Positions 41,859-55,637 of a DNA stretch of 64,000 nucleotides are shown piece by piece. The stretch's first letter is position 1. Every line of letters begins with the position of its first letter. Under the pieces are notes generated by a model. It made no database searches, was not told the origin of the DNA, and saw nothing but the letters and a program-made list of their open reading frames with translations. Source of the stretch: Paraspadella gotoi (lineage: Eukaryota; Animalia; Chaetognatha); assembly GCA_051294375.1 (NCBI GenBank), contig CM119269.1, positions 21,127,665-21,191,664 on the forward strand. Direction: 5' to 3'. Position numbers and translations under genes: made by a program.

Positions 41859-43570
41859 CTACGTGAAAGCAATAATAGCGACGGCGACTGTTAGAAGTAC
41901 GGAAGACCGAGTCCTAGTTTTCGATGAGCGTGATCTCCCTTTGGGAGCGACCTCGTTTTCCAGCGAACTCGGTTTCGTCGTCTTTGTTTTCGGTGTCGTT
42001 TCTTTAATCGTCGTCTCTGTGGCCATCGTCGTCATTCTCGACGTCTTTGCATCGTCGACGTCGGTGGAATTTAAAGTGACAGAAGTCCCATTCGCGATAG
42101 TAATTGCTAGGTATTACAAATAAATTCAAATGAATTTGAGAAAATTATTTACGATTGTCATCCCGTACGTACTTGTTAACGTGCTCTTGGTTGAGCTTGA
42201 GGTTGAGATCGCGGTCACGTTGACCAGAAAAACGATCTGCCGTTTTTCTCCATCTTCATTTTGTACGACGTCGCAGGCGTAGATCCCCGCGTGTCGTCGC
42301 TCGACCGGGACGATTTTGAAAGTCACCGAGGGCCGAGTCCCAGTTGTTCGACCCACGATTAGCCCCTGTTGGACAATAGGCATTAGGCAACGGAGGGTTA
42401 AAAACTAGTAAAGCCAAAATTTTAAAAGACGATTTCCCAACGTTCATTTATCTTGATACCGAGTATTTTGGAGAAAAATTCTTGATGTCTGTCCCGAGAG
42501 CGATGATCTTCCAAGTTTGGCTCTTAACGTGGAATTCTTGAAGGCGTGGTTCTTCTCCTTCGCATTCCATTCGAAGGGTCTCGCCCTCGGCGGCAACCAG
42601 GTCTTTGACTGTAATACAAAAAAAAAAGTTTTTTGTTGAACAGCGGTTAAATATGAGTAGCCATCGATCGAGATTATTGATCCTCACTAGAGTAGGTCGA
42701 GTTACTAAAAACATCAACGGGTTCTGTAGTTGTAGACGCGGCGCTGCTGGAAATCACAGTAGAGGTGGCGTTGATTTCAACTGTGGCTGAGGAGCTGTAC
42801 TCGACACGAACGTTGAAAATTTGCTTCACAAGGAGACCGTCCGAGTCGCATGAGTATCTGCCGGTGTGAGACGGAGTGACCGGCTCAATTTTGTAAGAGA
42901 ACGTCCTATTGTCAGCTGAGACTTTCACCATAAGGTCCTAATAATATAAAGGAAAAGTCCCACAATAATTACAAAATGAAACTATATATTTTATAAATAA
43001 CATGTATTTTCTTCCTTTTTCTGATTTACATAAATAAATAGTATATGCCTAATTGACCAATAAAATATATAATCAATTAGTGCGATGCGATAATCGTTTC
43101 TTTTTTGTTGTTTTTAGTTTTAGAGAAAGCAAAGTATTTTTAAAATTATTACAACGATTTTTATTTTAATTAAGACTTCAAGACTTCAAGCCTTCATCAG
43201 CATTTGACATTCAGTAAAAAAAGTTGGAAAACTTTTACCCCGTCTCTCTCTTTCTCTCTCTCTCATACTCTTCTTTTACACAAACTTTTTACTGAATGTC
43301 AAAGGCTGATGAAGGCTTGAAGTCAACAAGCCGAAACATGTCCATCTCTTAATTAAAATAAAAATCGTTGTAATAATTTGAAAAATACTTTGCTTTCTCT
43401 ATAATCAATTAGAAAAACCAAGAAATTACCGCGAAAAGCTGGGAGTAAGATACGATGTTAATGCCCCTAGCGACGATTTCATTTTCTTTCTTGAAGACAG
43501 GAATAAACAATGGGGAATTGCGGCAGTCGAAAATGAGTGGCGAACCCGGAAGAGCCAAAATATCAGTCAC
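41859..43570 (-). CDS. Two Ig-like domains, Thr/Ser-rich stalk and C-terminal hydrophobic (GPI-signal-like) tail; own first exon not found
   Basis: Approximate exons 43570-43431, 42937-42688, 42608-42460, 42366-42172, 42106-41859; Ig Cys pairs LIFDC...HTGRYSC and LRMEC...HAGIYAC; ends SSVLLTVAVAIIAFT*. Confidence 0.8.
43306..43342 (+). ncRNA. Minimal type I hammerhead ribozyme motif (Penelope-like element type)
   Basis: CTGATGA-A-GGCTTG(aagtcaa)CAAGCC-GAAAC-ATGTC; palindromic ACATGT stem III, GUC cleavage triplet. Confidence 0.75.
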
Positions 43571-44856
43571 TAGAGCCATCGGATAAGAAAGATTGTATTT
43601 ATTTACTGATTTTTTAGAAATTATCATTTCTTTTTTCGTTGTATATATACGAAATCGTTTTGTTTATCACAACTAAGTTAAGCTTTGGTTTTGAGACTTC
43701 AGTAACAACGGAGCAACCTTGATAAAATTTGATAGAATTTGGTTCGCACTACTTTTAAAGCTCCAGATTTTTTCTTCGGGAGAAACCGGCAAGTTACTGT
43801 GATTCAATTTTCTGGATGCGGATTCCGCATTGAGGAATTTATGAAAAGTTAAAGAAAGATGGTGCTAATCAGATTATATTATGAAATTGGTACAACCAAT
43901 ATAAAAATTATCCATTCATTTAACAAATAAGCTATCTTGCCCCTGACTTTGGACAGGCTTTGGTGGTTTAAGGCCTCCATCACTCTTTCAAGATAATGAC
44001 ATAGCAGGTCCCTGCAAGCTTTCAATCAAGACTCTGTCACAGTCTTGTTTATTCACTCCCAGAGTACCTGGCTTCCCTATCAATGAATTGGAAAATATTT
44101 CAAAGAATGTTTCAATTGTATGAAAAGACCACTCCCTTAATTATATTATATATAATATTATATCATTTAAAAGCATGTTCATAAAAAGTGGGTGCTAGAC
44201 TGCTAGTGCTACAACGATTTCTTTGGTTGGTTGGTCCGTCACTCTCCTGGTAACTACACAAATATAAACTATACGCACTTTAAAAGTTGTTTGCTTATTT
44301 ATTATTCGAATTATGCCGGATTAACCATCTGATCACGTCACCATATTTTTAAGTGGTCATGTCAGTGTAGAAGCATGAAACATACTACATATTTGATAGC
44401 ATTTTCAGGTGACCACGTGACTGCACAAGTTCGAACCATAAGAATATTACGCATGTCATGCTTTTTACCAAGTCACTACCCAAGTTATAAGTAGAAAAAC
44501 AGACAGACCGACCAAAAAGTTACTGATAGAGTTGCTCCAAAACTACAAATAAAAATCTTTGAACCAAAGCATTGAAATTCATTTTCAATTTTTTTAAATA
44601 AATTAGACTACAATAATAAAAAAAACTGTATAATGTAAACTTTCCAGCTCTTTCTGGACTAAATTCGCGCCTTTCTTACGCGAGAACCTTTGATTGTAGT
44701 TTAAATTAAAACAAACTACATTTTCAGAAAGAATCTGCTTGATCTTAGCTTTCGTTAGATACTAATAATGGCAAAAGTGACGGCAAAATGTCGTAATTTT
44801 TGTCCCACCAATGGCCGCTGATGAACGGTTGGTGGATTTTAGTCCACCATACACCA

Positions 44857-47800
44857 TTATTTTATCGCTAAACATATCAATGCTACAGCACAAGGCTCAA
44901 TAGAGCTGCGCGCAGTTGCAAAAGAGCCATCAGCGAGAGTGATCAAGGCTAATTATGATTGTAATGAATGAAATCGGTTCTTGAAACATTATTTTATATT
45001 GATACCAATTTCTGTGAAAAAATAATCAGTTTTACTACTTCAAAATCAAATGAATTATCGAAAATAGTCCAGAAAGAGCGCGAAAACCAGATAAAATCAA
45101 ACAACGAACCAATCGGTTTGCTGGTGACAAAAGGCCGCTCTGTGACTACAGGAAGAAGACGTTCCTTTAACTCCTCTATCGTGTAGTTGTTAAGAAGGAT
45201 CCCCCTAAAGGAGTCTATGCAAAGAAGATACAAGTTCTCCTTCTGAGTGCAGATGGACGTGTCCGAAGGACATACTTCATATTCGCAGTTATTAGCCTCT
45301 GGAGAGAATTTATGTATAGTGAAAATAATGTTTGCAGGGAATCGAACTTTCGGACTGACCATATTCGCATTTGCTGCCAATAAAACCCGGACGACATTCG
45401 CAACGTGGCGTGGAGTTACGTGCCATCGACGCCACGCATGATCCCCCATTTTCGCATCGTGTTGTGGCACAGACTGAGAATTGATTTTTTTACTCAGACG
45501 TCAATTATGTATAATGTATTAATATGGGTTTACCAGAGTTAGCGTTTTCACATCGCAATCCAGAAAATCCGATGGGACATAGGCACTGAAACGATGCAAG
45601 TCCATCCTGACGGTATCGTGATATGTATATAGTTAAAAACAGAATTCTTTTAGTTGGATTTACTTATCGCAATTTCCGACTCTAAATATAATTTAATTCA
45701 CTTTGTCGGTTAGAGCTCCCAGAAATACCATGCATTTTTGAAAGTTCCTGATACCTGCAAAGTTTCTTGTGCCAAAATTAGTGGAGAAAACGAATTTCGC
45801 AATAAAAAATTTCTTTGAATGCTCTTGATGGATTTTCCACGCCAGTTTTTGCGTCGTACCACTTCCGGTTTTAAAAATATAGGATTTTTGGAAAAAAATG
45901 AGCTGTTATTCAGCCAGCATACTTAAATTAATCAAAATAAAGTTATTAATAACCTTATTACTAAATTTTTTGTTGTGGTTTTTAAATAAGGTTAAAAAAT
46001 TATTATTAAGAAAGACTTCAAATTAGAAATTATTAGTTTTTTAAGCCAAATCGTCCCTGACCAAATTACTCTATAAATTCTAATAAGATTGTATAAGGAG
46101 TATGATTTGGTTATACAAATAGAACTCTCTAAGGGATTTTAAATATTTAATCCTTTAGCCAAGATATTGCCTTTAAAGGTTTACCAAATGATACAAAAAG
46201 AAAGTAGCGAATTAGATAAAAAAAAGCGCCTTTGTGGCTAGCAAGCCTCCCACTCAACCTTAACCCTAAACCTCTCTCCCAACCAAAACCTTAGTCTAGG
46301 CCTTCATTTGCAAGCCTCAAATCTTAATATCCCTAGTACAAGCCTTTCTAAGCTAGCTAACAACAAAATTATCATTTGGCCAGGTTACCATGATTAAGTA
46401 TTGTGATTTTGCAATTTGGACAGGCTAAGAAAAGGACAGGAAGCTTGGGTTAGAGTTAGGGAAGGTACTGGGGAAGGAAATTAAGAATTAAAGTTTAGCC
46501 TTATTGATGGCCAGGAGGCAGGGATGCCTGAGTTGAGGCTCAGAGGTGAACCTCAGACTGAGGTGAGGGTTGGTGGAGAGTCTCTGGAGTGATGCAGGGT
46601 TAGGGTTCTGGCATGATATAAAACAGGAGGCCTAGGTTAGGGTTAAGGCTAAGGATGTGGCTCTCTGCAGATGTCACCAGCCAGGGAAACTGGTGAGGGT
46701 TTGGATCAGGGACCAGTTTGGGGTTAAGGTTGAGCAGGAAGTACACGAGCATGGGTTAAGGTTAGGGGAAAGGCTGCTCGGGTAAGACAAAAAGCCCACG
46801 TTAGGGTTAGGGCTAAGGTTAGGTTAGATATCCCTAGCCAGGGAAACTGATTAAGATTAAGGTTTTGTTTAGGGCCCGGTTTAGGGTAAGGGTTGAGTGA
46901 GAGGCTTGCTAGCTGCAAAGGCCAAGTCGCCTTCCATGTAATTCGCTACTTTCTTTTTGCATCACTTGGTAAACTTTTTAAAAGCCAATATCTTGGTTTA
47001 AAGATTAAAGATTTAAACAGTTCTATTTGTTTAATCAGATTGTAAAATTTTATTAAAATTAGTAAAATAGTTTGGTCAGGGCCGATTTGGCTTAAAAGAA
47101 TTATGGATTTTTAACTTGACGCCTTTTGTAATAATATTTTTATAACCTTATTTATAAACCCAAATAAAAAATATAATATTAAGGTTATTGGTAACTTTAT
47201 TTTGATTAATTTAAGTATGCTGGCTGAATAACAGCTTATTTATTTCAAAAAATCATGAATTTTTAAAACCGGAAGTGGTTCAACGTAAAAACTGGCGTGG
47301 AAAATCCATAATGAGCAACCAGGAAAATTTTTTATTGTGATATTCGTTTTCTCCACTAAATTTGGCACAAGAAACTTTGCAGGTATCAGGAACTTTCATA
47401 AATGTATATTTCTGGGACCTCTATTGTCGGTAAATCATTTAGATTATCATAGAATGTGGAATTATAAAATGTTATACAAACAAATCGATGTATGTCTAAT
47501 TGTCCATTAGTTCGACGTGAGAGTAATAAAATTGTATAAAATTTAAATTGGTAACATTATTTTTAAATTTTATACATTAGTGGGCCCTAGTAAGCTATAT
47601 TCATTTAAAGTAATAAGTATATAATAGGTTAGATTTTAAAATACAAATTTTTTAATTCCAAATTGATAAAAGAAGGTATAATTTTTCTTTAACAATTCCT
47701 TCATTCAATTAGTTAAAAATGCAAAAAAACATTTAAAATACCAATTTTTAATTTAATTTTTAGTATAAACTTTTAATAAGGAATCTGAATCTGTTTTCAG

Positions 47801-50800
47801 AATTAAAAAAAAAATTAAATTTTAACATAACTTATGTCATAAGGGATCTGCTTACAGCAGATTCCGCCTCTATAATTCACTTTGTCGGTCCGTCGGTCCG
47901 CCCCCCCAATTTTGTCAGGCATTCACTTATATCATGTCAGAACATCGAATTATGATAAATTATGCAAAAAAATGATGTCCGAACGTATGTCTGTCTGTCC
48001 ATCCGTCCGTCCCACCTTAGCAAAAAACACCAATTACTCGTGATTTGATGGATGGATTGGAATGAAATTTTGTGTGTGGGTATGAAAGTGTGTGATTGAG
48101 CTGGAAATCAAGTTTCGATGGAATCATCCGAGTGGAAATGAGTTAAAATGGAAAAAACAAAAAAATATATTTCACTATTTGAACACCAATAACTCATAAG
48201 TGAATGGGGTGATTGATTTCAAATTTTGTACGTGGGTAGGAAAGTATGTGATTGAGCAGGAAATAAAGTTACCACATACAACATTCATTCCAATCCATCC
48301 ATCCATAAGGTGGGACGGATGGACGGACATCGTTTTTTTTCTTTGCATAATTTATCATAATTCGATGTTCTGATATGATTTAAGTGGATGCCCGACAAGA
48401 TTGGGGGGACTTTTAACCCACTTAATAAAATAATTTTTGAAAATGATTTATATTTTCTTTTATCAACTTTTGACGAGGAATTCAAATCTGCAATCAAAAT
48501 TAAGAAAAGCCTATTTTGAAATTTTTCGATTTTATAAGGATAGTACTATATATAAATATAGCCTACTGCAAAAATTAAAAAACATAAAATTTAATTTTTA
48601 CAAATTAATGTTCACTGATGGTATGTTGTTCATAATTGACTTTTAGAATTTTCGTAAGTAACTTTCACTACGCATTATTATAGAGTAAAAAAAACAATCT
48701 ATTTCACTATTTGATTATGTTTTTTTATTTTTATATTAAATGTAAATTCAAGGTGCATTAATTAATTATTAATAAATAAGTAATTAATTAATTATTAATT
48801 ATTTGTAATTAATTAATTAATTTTGTGATCGAGATTGCTGTTTTGTGAATGAGAGGCGAGACAAAGTGGAAAACGATTTTGGCACGAATAAAAAAATTAA
48901 TATTAATTAAATAATATTAATTAATTAATTAATTAATGATCGTGGGAATATCCGGCATTGTTTGCTCAAACTTGTTTTAAAGATGTTTAAATTTTCGTTT
49001 GAGCAGGTGCTTGATTCAAATTTCTTCCTCTCACGAGCTCAAACACTTATAAAATTGTCAATGCCATATCGTCAATTCCATATTGTTAATTCCCTATCGT
49101 CTTCTAATGATTGTCAATCACTGTAATTGTAAAGAAAGATAAAACAGAAATAAACGATGCGATGCTGAAGGTTGCTGGTTTGATGATTTAGATTTTTTGT
49201 TAATTCGTTTTAAAAATTAATTATACAAAGTGGATTATAGAGTCGGGATTTGCTAATAAGCAGACCCGACTAAAAATATTGTAAGATTCATATATTGACT
49301 TATCATCTAAGAAGGTAAGCAGCGTAGACAGATCAGACATTGTTTGTTCAAACTAGTTTAGGGGGTGTGTGTGTGTTAGTCTATATCCTGTTAGACCTGA
49401 ATGCAGGTGGCACCGTTGAAACATGGGCTCGGGTTGCATTGGTCCTGCTTCCGATCACACCTAGGACCCACATAACCGGGAACGCAGGAGCAGGTGAAAA
49501 AACCGGGACTGACCTTAAAAGAAGTGAAAGTTATCAAAAAACCACAAGAGACATTAGTAAAACTGTATAAGAATTAAAACAATTATAAGTCTTGGCAACA
49601 GCCAGGAGAGCTGATTTGAATTCCTCGTTAAAAGTTGAAGGAAGAAATTATGAATCAATTTTAAAAATGTTTTTCATTACATATTTTAATAAATTATAGG
49701 TAAAAATATTTTTAAAAAAGAGTTAAATTTCTTTTTATCAACTTTTTATGACCAATCCAAATCCGCAAAGAAATATTACAAACAACGACGACTACGGTCA
49801 AAAGAAGCAGAAACGAATTAACATTTCGCCCAAGTCGGGCATTCGCCCGTCTGGCGAGATAAAAAACTATTTGAAAATTTTAACATTCATAGGTTAAGTA
49901 CTATGTGTATTTACACACTTCATATTACTATTTTTATCTATTTTATCTTTTCATTTCCTGGTCCATTTCCTGCGATAATATAGTGTTATTTATTAGAACA
50001 AATGTTGTTCATTCCTCACTTTTAGAATTTCTTCGTTGGTTTTTCATGCATACAATATAAAATATACATAGGAACAAAATACGAATTCTCAAAACGAGAA
50101 AGAAAAAAAAAAGACAAATTGAAAAAACGACAAAGAGACGTCGAGAACCTTTGAGCCACGGAAAATTTGCGGAATGCCAAGACTGACGTTTCTATAAGCA
50201 CGGAGATTTGCTTAATTTATAAAAAAAAAAAAAAAAAAAAAACACTGAAAAAAGGTCTTTTGGATTTTTTTTACACAAAAAAATGCGTCCGTGGGTTTTT
50301 ATCATGGCGGCGTTGGCTACATCTTGTATAACGAAGGTGGCTATGGTGCCTTTGACTCCGCTTCACCGCGTCTGTCCTTACGTTTCACCAGTTCAACCCT
50401 GCTTGGGTGGCCCAAGGTTATGCGAATCAAATGATCAGGTGATCCACAAAGTGTCTCTTTGGTTCAAAGGCAACCCAGAATAACTCAGTGAGGTAACACT
50501 TATGCATAGCTTGGTGAAACTCAGCTCGTCCCATTGGCTTGGACAGCTAAGTACTCGTTTACCAACCGTGAGTTCCGGGTTCAATCCCATCACGGTCACG
50601 CTATGATGGTGTCGGCATAAACACGCCAGTGACATGAGGTGGTCACTGCAGATCCAAAGCCCTGAGCGCCAGCTGTCGGGAGATGCCTCACACCCCAGGC
50701 ATCACACATGACCCTCCGTTGCCATAATATTATCTTTTAATATATAGTGTACAAACGGGAGTCGATGCTGCGATCAACAATGTCTCGGAAAGGCGTGCGT

Positions 50801-53800
50801 TCCTGAGAGAGATTTATTGGACGACATAACAACGTTGGGTAATTGCCCAGACCCACGAGATTATCAATATGCGATATGCGATCATTATGAGTGTGACCGA
50901 GACGCTCATTGCAAACGTAAATAGAGCCAATATTGTTCTTAACTTTATTAAAAAGCGAAAATTTTTAAAATGACTTTATTTACTTTATATACTTGACCCA
51001 ATTTCGCTTCTAGGCGGAAACTACACATTAAAGTGTTGTAAGGTGGAAACTTGCTCAGCATTGTGCATAGATACAATGAATGATGTATGACCAAATAATG
51101 TGAAAATGGAAAATGGACAAGATTAAATAAACGAATTTTGTGGAAAAGCACTTACCTGAGTGCACGTGGCGTTGTTCTGACATGGATTCTTGTCGCATTC
51201 GTTCTCTTCTCTTTCGCATCTAATACAAGAAAATAAATGACAAACAATTGTCAAGAACTTTTATATTTAAATCGCCTCATCGTCTTGTGTAGTTAGTCAT
51301 GTTCAAATATTTGCTAGTTTCTCTTTTAGTTTGGCCTTCTCACAAGGTAATGATAAAAAAGCGAGTATAATTTAAATTGTTTTCATGAAATTATAAAACA
51401 TTTTATGAAAATTACAAAATTATTTGATTCGATTTCAAAATATTTAACATTCATGTTCACGACTTTATTTAGATTTTTTAATTTAGGATATTAACAATAA
51501 AACAATTCGTTGATAAAAACAAATAAATTGTTTTTTTTCTCCTAAATTTCAAAACGCAACGAAATTGATAGTTTATACACAAATATTTTTTAATTAATTT
51601 TTGTTATTTCTATTCTTTCTCCTTCTCATTTGCCCTAAATTTTTAAATCTAGTACATCAATCAAGTCATTATTGAATATTTATCAGTTGATTGAATGATT
51701 GATTGATAGATTCTTTTATTGATTTATTAAGGAATTTGTTATTTGTTAGGTCTCTCTCTCTCTCTCTCGCATCATTGATCGATTATCATTGCATTTCACT
51801 ATTATTGCATCAATAAATCGTTATCATTGCATTAATAAAAATTTATATCAGGTTTTATTAATGCAATGATAAAAATTTTTTGATGCGATAATAGTGAAAT
51901 GCAATGATAATCAATCAATGATGCGAGAGAGAGAGACCTAACAAATAACGGATTCCTTAATAAATCAATAAAAGAATCTATCAATCAATCATTCAATCAA
52001 CTGATAAATCAGTCAATCACTTTAACTAAGAGAGAGAGAAATAAAAAGAATTCATATAAATGTGACCTGGGTTTCTTTCCATTAAAACTCGGAATCTGCT
52101 GTAATTAGATCAGGATAAAAATGAGGTGGTGATTTATTTTGTGACTAGAATCTGTTCCCACCAAACTACACAATCGATTGACGATCGATTGATTGATATT
52201 AGTAATTGATTATTGATGCGATAATAACCAATTATTGATGCGATGATAACCAAATGATTGATGCGATGATAGTCATTCATTGATAAGATGATAATCATTC
52301 ATTGATGCGATGATAGTCATTCATTGATGCGATGATAGTCATTCATTGATCTGATGATAATCATTCATTGATGCGATGATAGTCATTCATTGCTGCAATG
52401 ATAGTCATTCATTGCTGCGATGATAGTCATTCATTGCTGCGATGATAGTCATTCATTGATGCGATGATAGTCATTCATTGACGCGATGAGTAAATAAATC
52501 AAAAAACAAATGCATGTATGAGTGAGAGAGAGAGAGAGAGAAAGAGAGAGAAAAAAGAGAGATAGAGAAAAAAGATAGAGAGAGGCTGGACAGCCGAATC
52601 AGAAGAAGCAGCGACGGAAAAAAAGAGAGAGAGACAGAGAGAGAGCGAGATATAATTAAAAGAGAGAGAGAGAGAGAGCTGGACAGCTGAAATCGATATT
52701 AGATATTTGATATTATAAGACGTTTGAATTATTTTCTACAGCGATTTTATTGTATTGTATTACAATAAAATCGTTGTAGAAAATAATTCAAACGTCTTCT
52801 AAAAAAAATTATTTACTAATTATAAATTTACTAGACAAAGCTATTCAAATTAGGTTGCCAGTGGTTTAAAAAAAATTGAATAATTTTTTTCTACGTTATC
52901 TACTCAGTATTATTAACGTTGTTTAGTGCATATCACGAAACGAACGAGCAGGGTTTGTTACACTTGCCTGTCGCCAGTAAATGTTGGAAGGCAGACGCAT
53001 TTGTAGCCCATCACTAGATCGACACAAACCCCATCGTTAAGACAAGGCGACGAATTGCACTCATCTATCTCTGGAATTACACAAATTGTAATTGCTTCAA
53101 ATATGTATGTATTTAGAGAAAAGACAGTTTTATTTGTTACAAACAGCGATTTTTAATATAAATAGCGGACATGTTTCAGCTTTTATTTTAATAATAATAT
53201 ATTAAATTTCGAAACATGTCCGCTATTTATATTAAAAATTGTTGTTAAATAAATAAAACTTTGTTTTCTCTAAACTCAAAACGCAATGAAAAGAAAGTCA
53301 AAACACAATGTCTACAAATATTCATGTAAAATGTATGCTTCGAGGTATTTTTTTTTGTTTAGCTTTCAAACATACCTTTTTGACAGTGGACTATAATCGA
53401 AATAAAACAAGTGGGGAAATGAATTGAAATATATTAATAAAAATAATAAGAATTGTGATCTGCAAATCATTAAATCGATCGTATTAAACTTACTGCCTTC
53501 GTAACCTATTGGACAACTGCACTCGTAATTTCCTGGTTGCGTCATGTTGCAAATTCCGTCGTTGAGACAAACGGCTTCACGACTTTCACATGGATTCAAA
53601 ACTGAAAAAAAAACAAGATCGGTTCAAACAATGTATTTTCACATGTATTACTCGTTACATGATATGACGCGACACGACATGACTACAATAACTTTCTTAG
53701 CCTGTGTATTTATGACACGCACTGAATCAGAATTCCGTCTTTTATTCTTTATAGTTTAGGATTTCCTAAAGGCGGCACTAGCAGTCCCTTAGATTTGAGG

Positions 53801-55541
53801 TTATGAATTATGTGCATTTTTAACTTAAGTGGGATAGACCGACGGACAGACCGACCGACGGACAGACCGACCGAAAAGTGACTAAAAGGTTTAGGAAGAG
53901 ATGTCGCGTCGGCAATTTTAAAGAAAGACCAGTGGCCGCGCCAATACAACTAAACTAATGTTTCAGGATAAAGGAAAAAAAATTTGAACAAAATTAATCT
54001 GGAGCTCATTGATTAGTAATTTGTATTAAAAAATTGGTTATTATAAAATAAAAGTTAAACCAAATTTCTTTACAATTTTTATCAGCATTACACACTTTGC
54101 TCGCAAAGTTTTCCCGTGTAGCCACTAGTACAGCTGCAGTGAAATCCAGGAGGGCGGACCTCTTGGCAAAATCCATTGTTTTCACAGGGATCTAAGGCAA
54201 AATAATTGAACGTAATAGGAAGGCGAATGACAATAAAAAAAGAGAAAAACCACTACTGTATAAACTTTAGCGGAAAAACTTATCTCGCACCAGAAGCGCA
54301 TTCGTTGATATCACGCTCGCAAAAGAGTCCTTCATATCCCTGCGCGCAGGCACAGGTGACGCTATCAGTGCCGTCGAAACAAGTGGCGCCGTTCCGACAT
54401 GGGGCAGGAATCGTAGAACAAGATGTGAGCGCTGAAAAAGAAGACGAGAATTCGATTTTAACCTCTTTTGTAGATGAGAAAAAAGAATTACTTTATAATC
54501 GACAACGATAGTTTATTATACTTCTTTTGTTTAACTAAAATATTATTTTTAGGTTTACGAAACCCGAGGATTTTGGCTTCGGTTATAAAATAAGTATTCT
54601 TAATAATAGGGTAAAACATTTTTGTGTATAAGAGACTACGGCAATCCAGAACCCAATCTATTTCTATCGTTATCTCTCTGACCATTATTCACCGTATTTT
54701 ATTTAATTACTGTACTAATTTAGCTTCATAAAAACTCCGAACGTAGTCATTAATGCGTCGTCAATATAAATAATAATCTGTCACTTTATTCGGTTATAAT
54801 AAAAAGAAATTTACAGTTTTTTTTCATTCATTGATATTTGATATACCATTTGTAATTCTCAGGTTGTGAGAATTTCTCTCTTCACTCCGACGTGAAATTT
54901 AGCGCCTGAGTCATAACTTTCAAGAAAGACAAGACGAGAACGAGAAAAAAAAAAGAAGGCACAAAAAATGAATGTCTTCCGAGTACGTTGCCTTCTGGAA
55001 TCTTGATTTTTTTTTCACTTCAATCTCTCCGGGTCCCAATTTTGATAATCATGATACAATCAGGATAATTACTTCACGCAAACCTACGCCGAGTGCAGTT
55101 TCCAGCGGGACCCCATCCGGGCTTGCAACCAAGAACGCCCTCAGAAGAACATTGGAAGTTTCCGTATTCGGTGCAGAATGTTTCGCAGCCTACGCCATAA
55201 TAATCTTTAGCGCAGAACAACTGGAAAAATAGAAATAATCGAAACGTTGATGTTGAGAGAAATCTCGCCAAGATGCTTGCTTACTTACTCACCCGGATTC
55301 TTAGTCTTAACTGGGTGTAGCTGTCGATGATGCTCGGAGGAAAAACTGTGATGAAGTTGGCCGAAGATTCATCCTTTGCCAATGGAATCAACGCTCCGTC
55401 GAATTGGTAGAAGTCCACCAAATCATTCCCTTTTTTTATCGTTTCTACCGTTTAAAGAATAAATAATTAATTATAAAATAAATTTAATAAACATTTACTT
55501 TAGTAATTCTTTGAGGAAAGAAAGAAAGAAAGAAAGAAAAA

Positions 55542-55637
<96 letters not shown>

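Noticed and set aside
41797-42123. Hydrophobic + strand ORF suggesting a membrane protein
   Set aside because: Antisense shadow of the Thr-rich stalk exon on the - strand.
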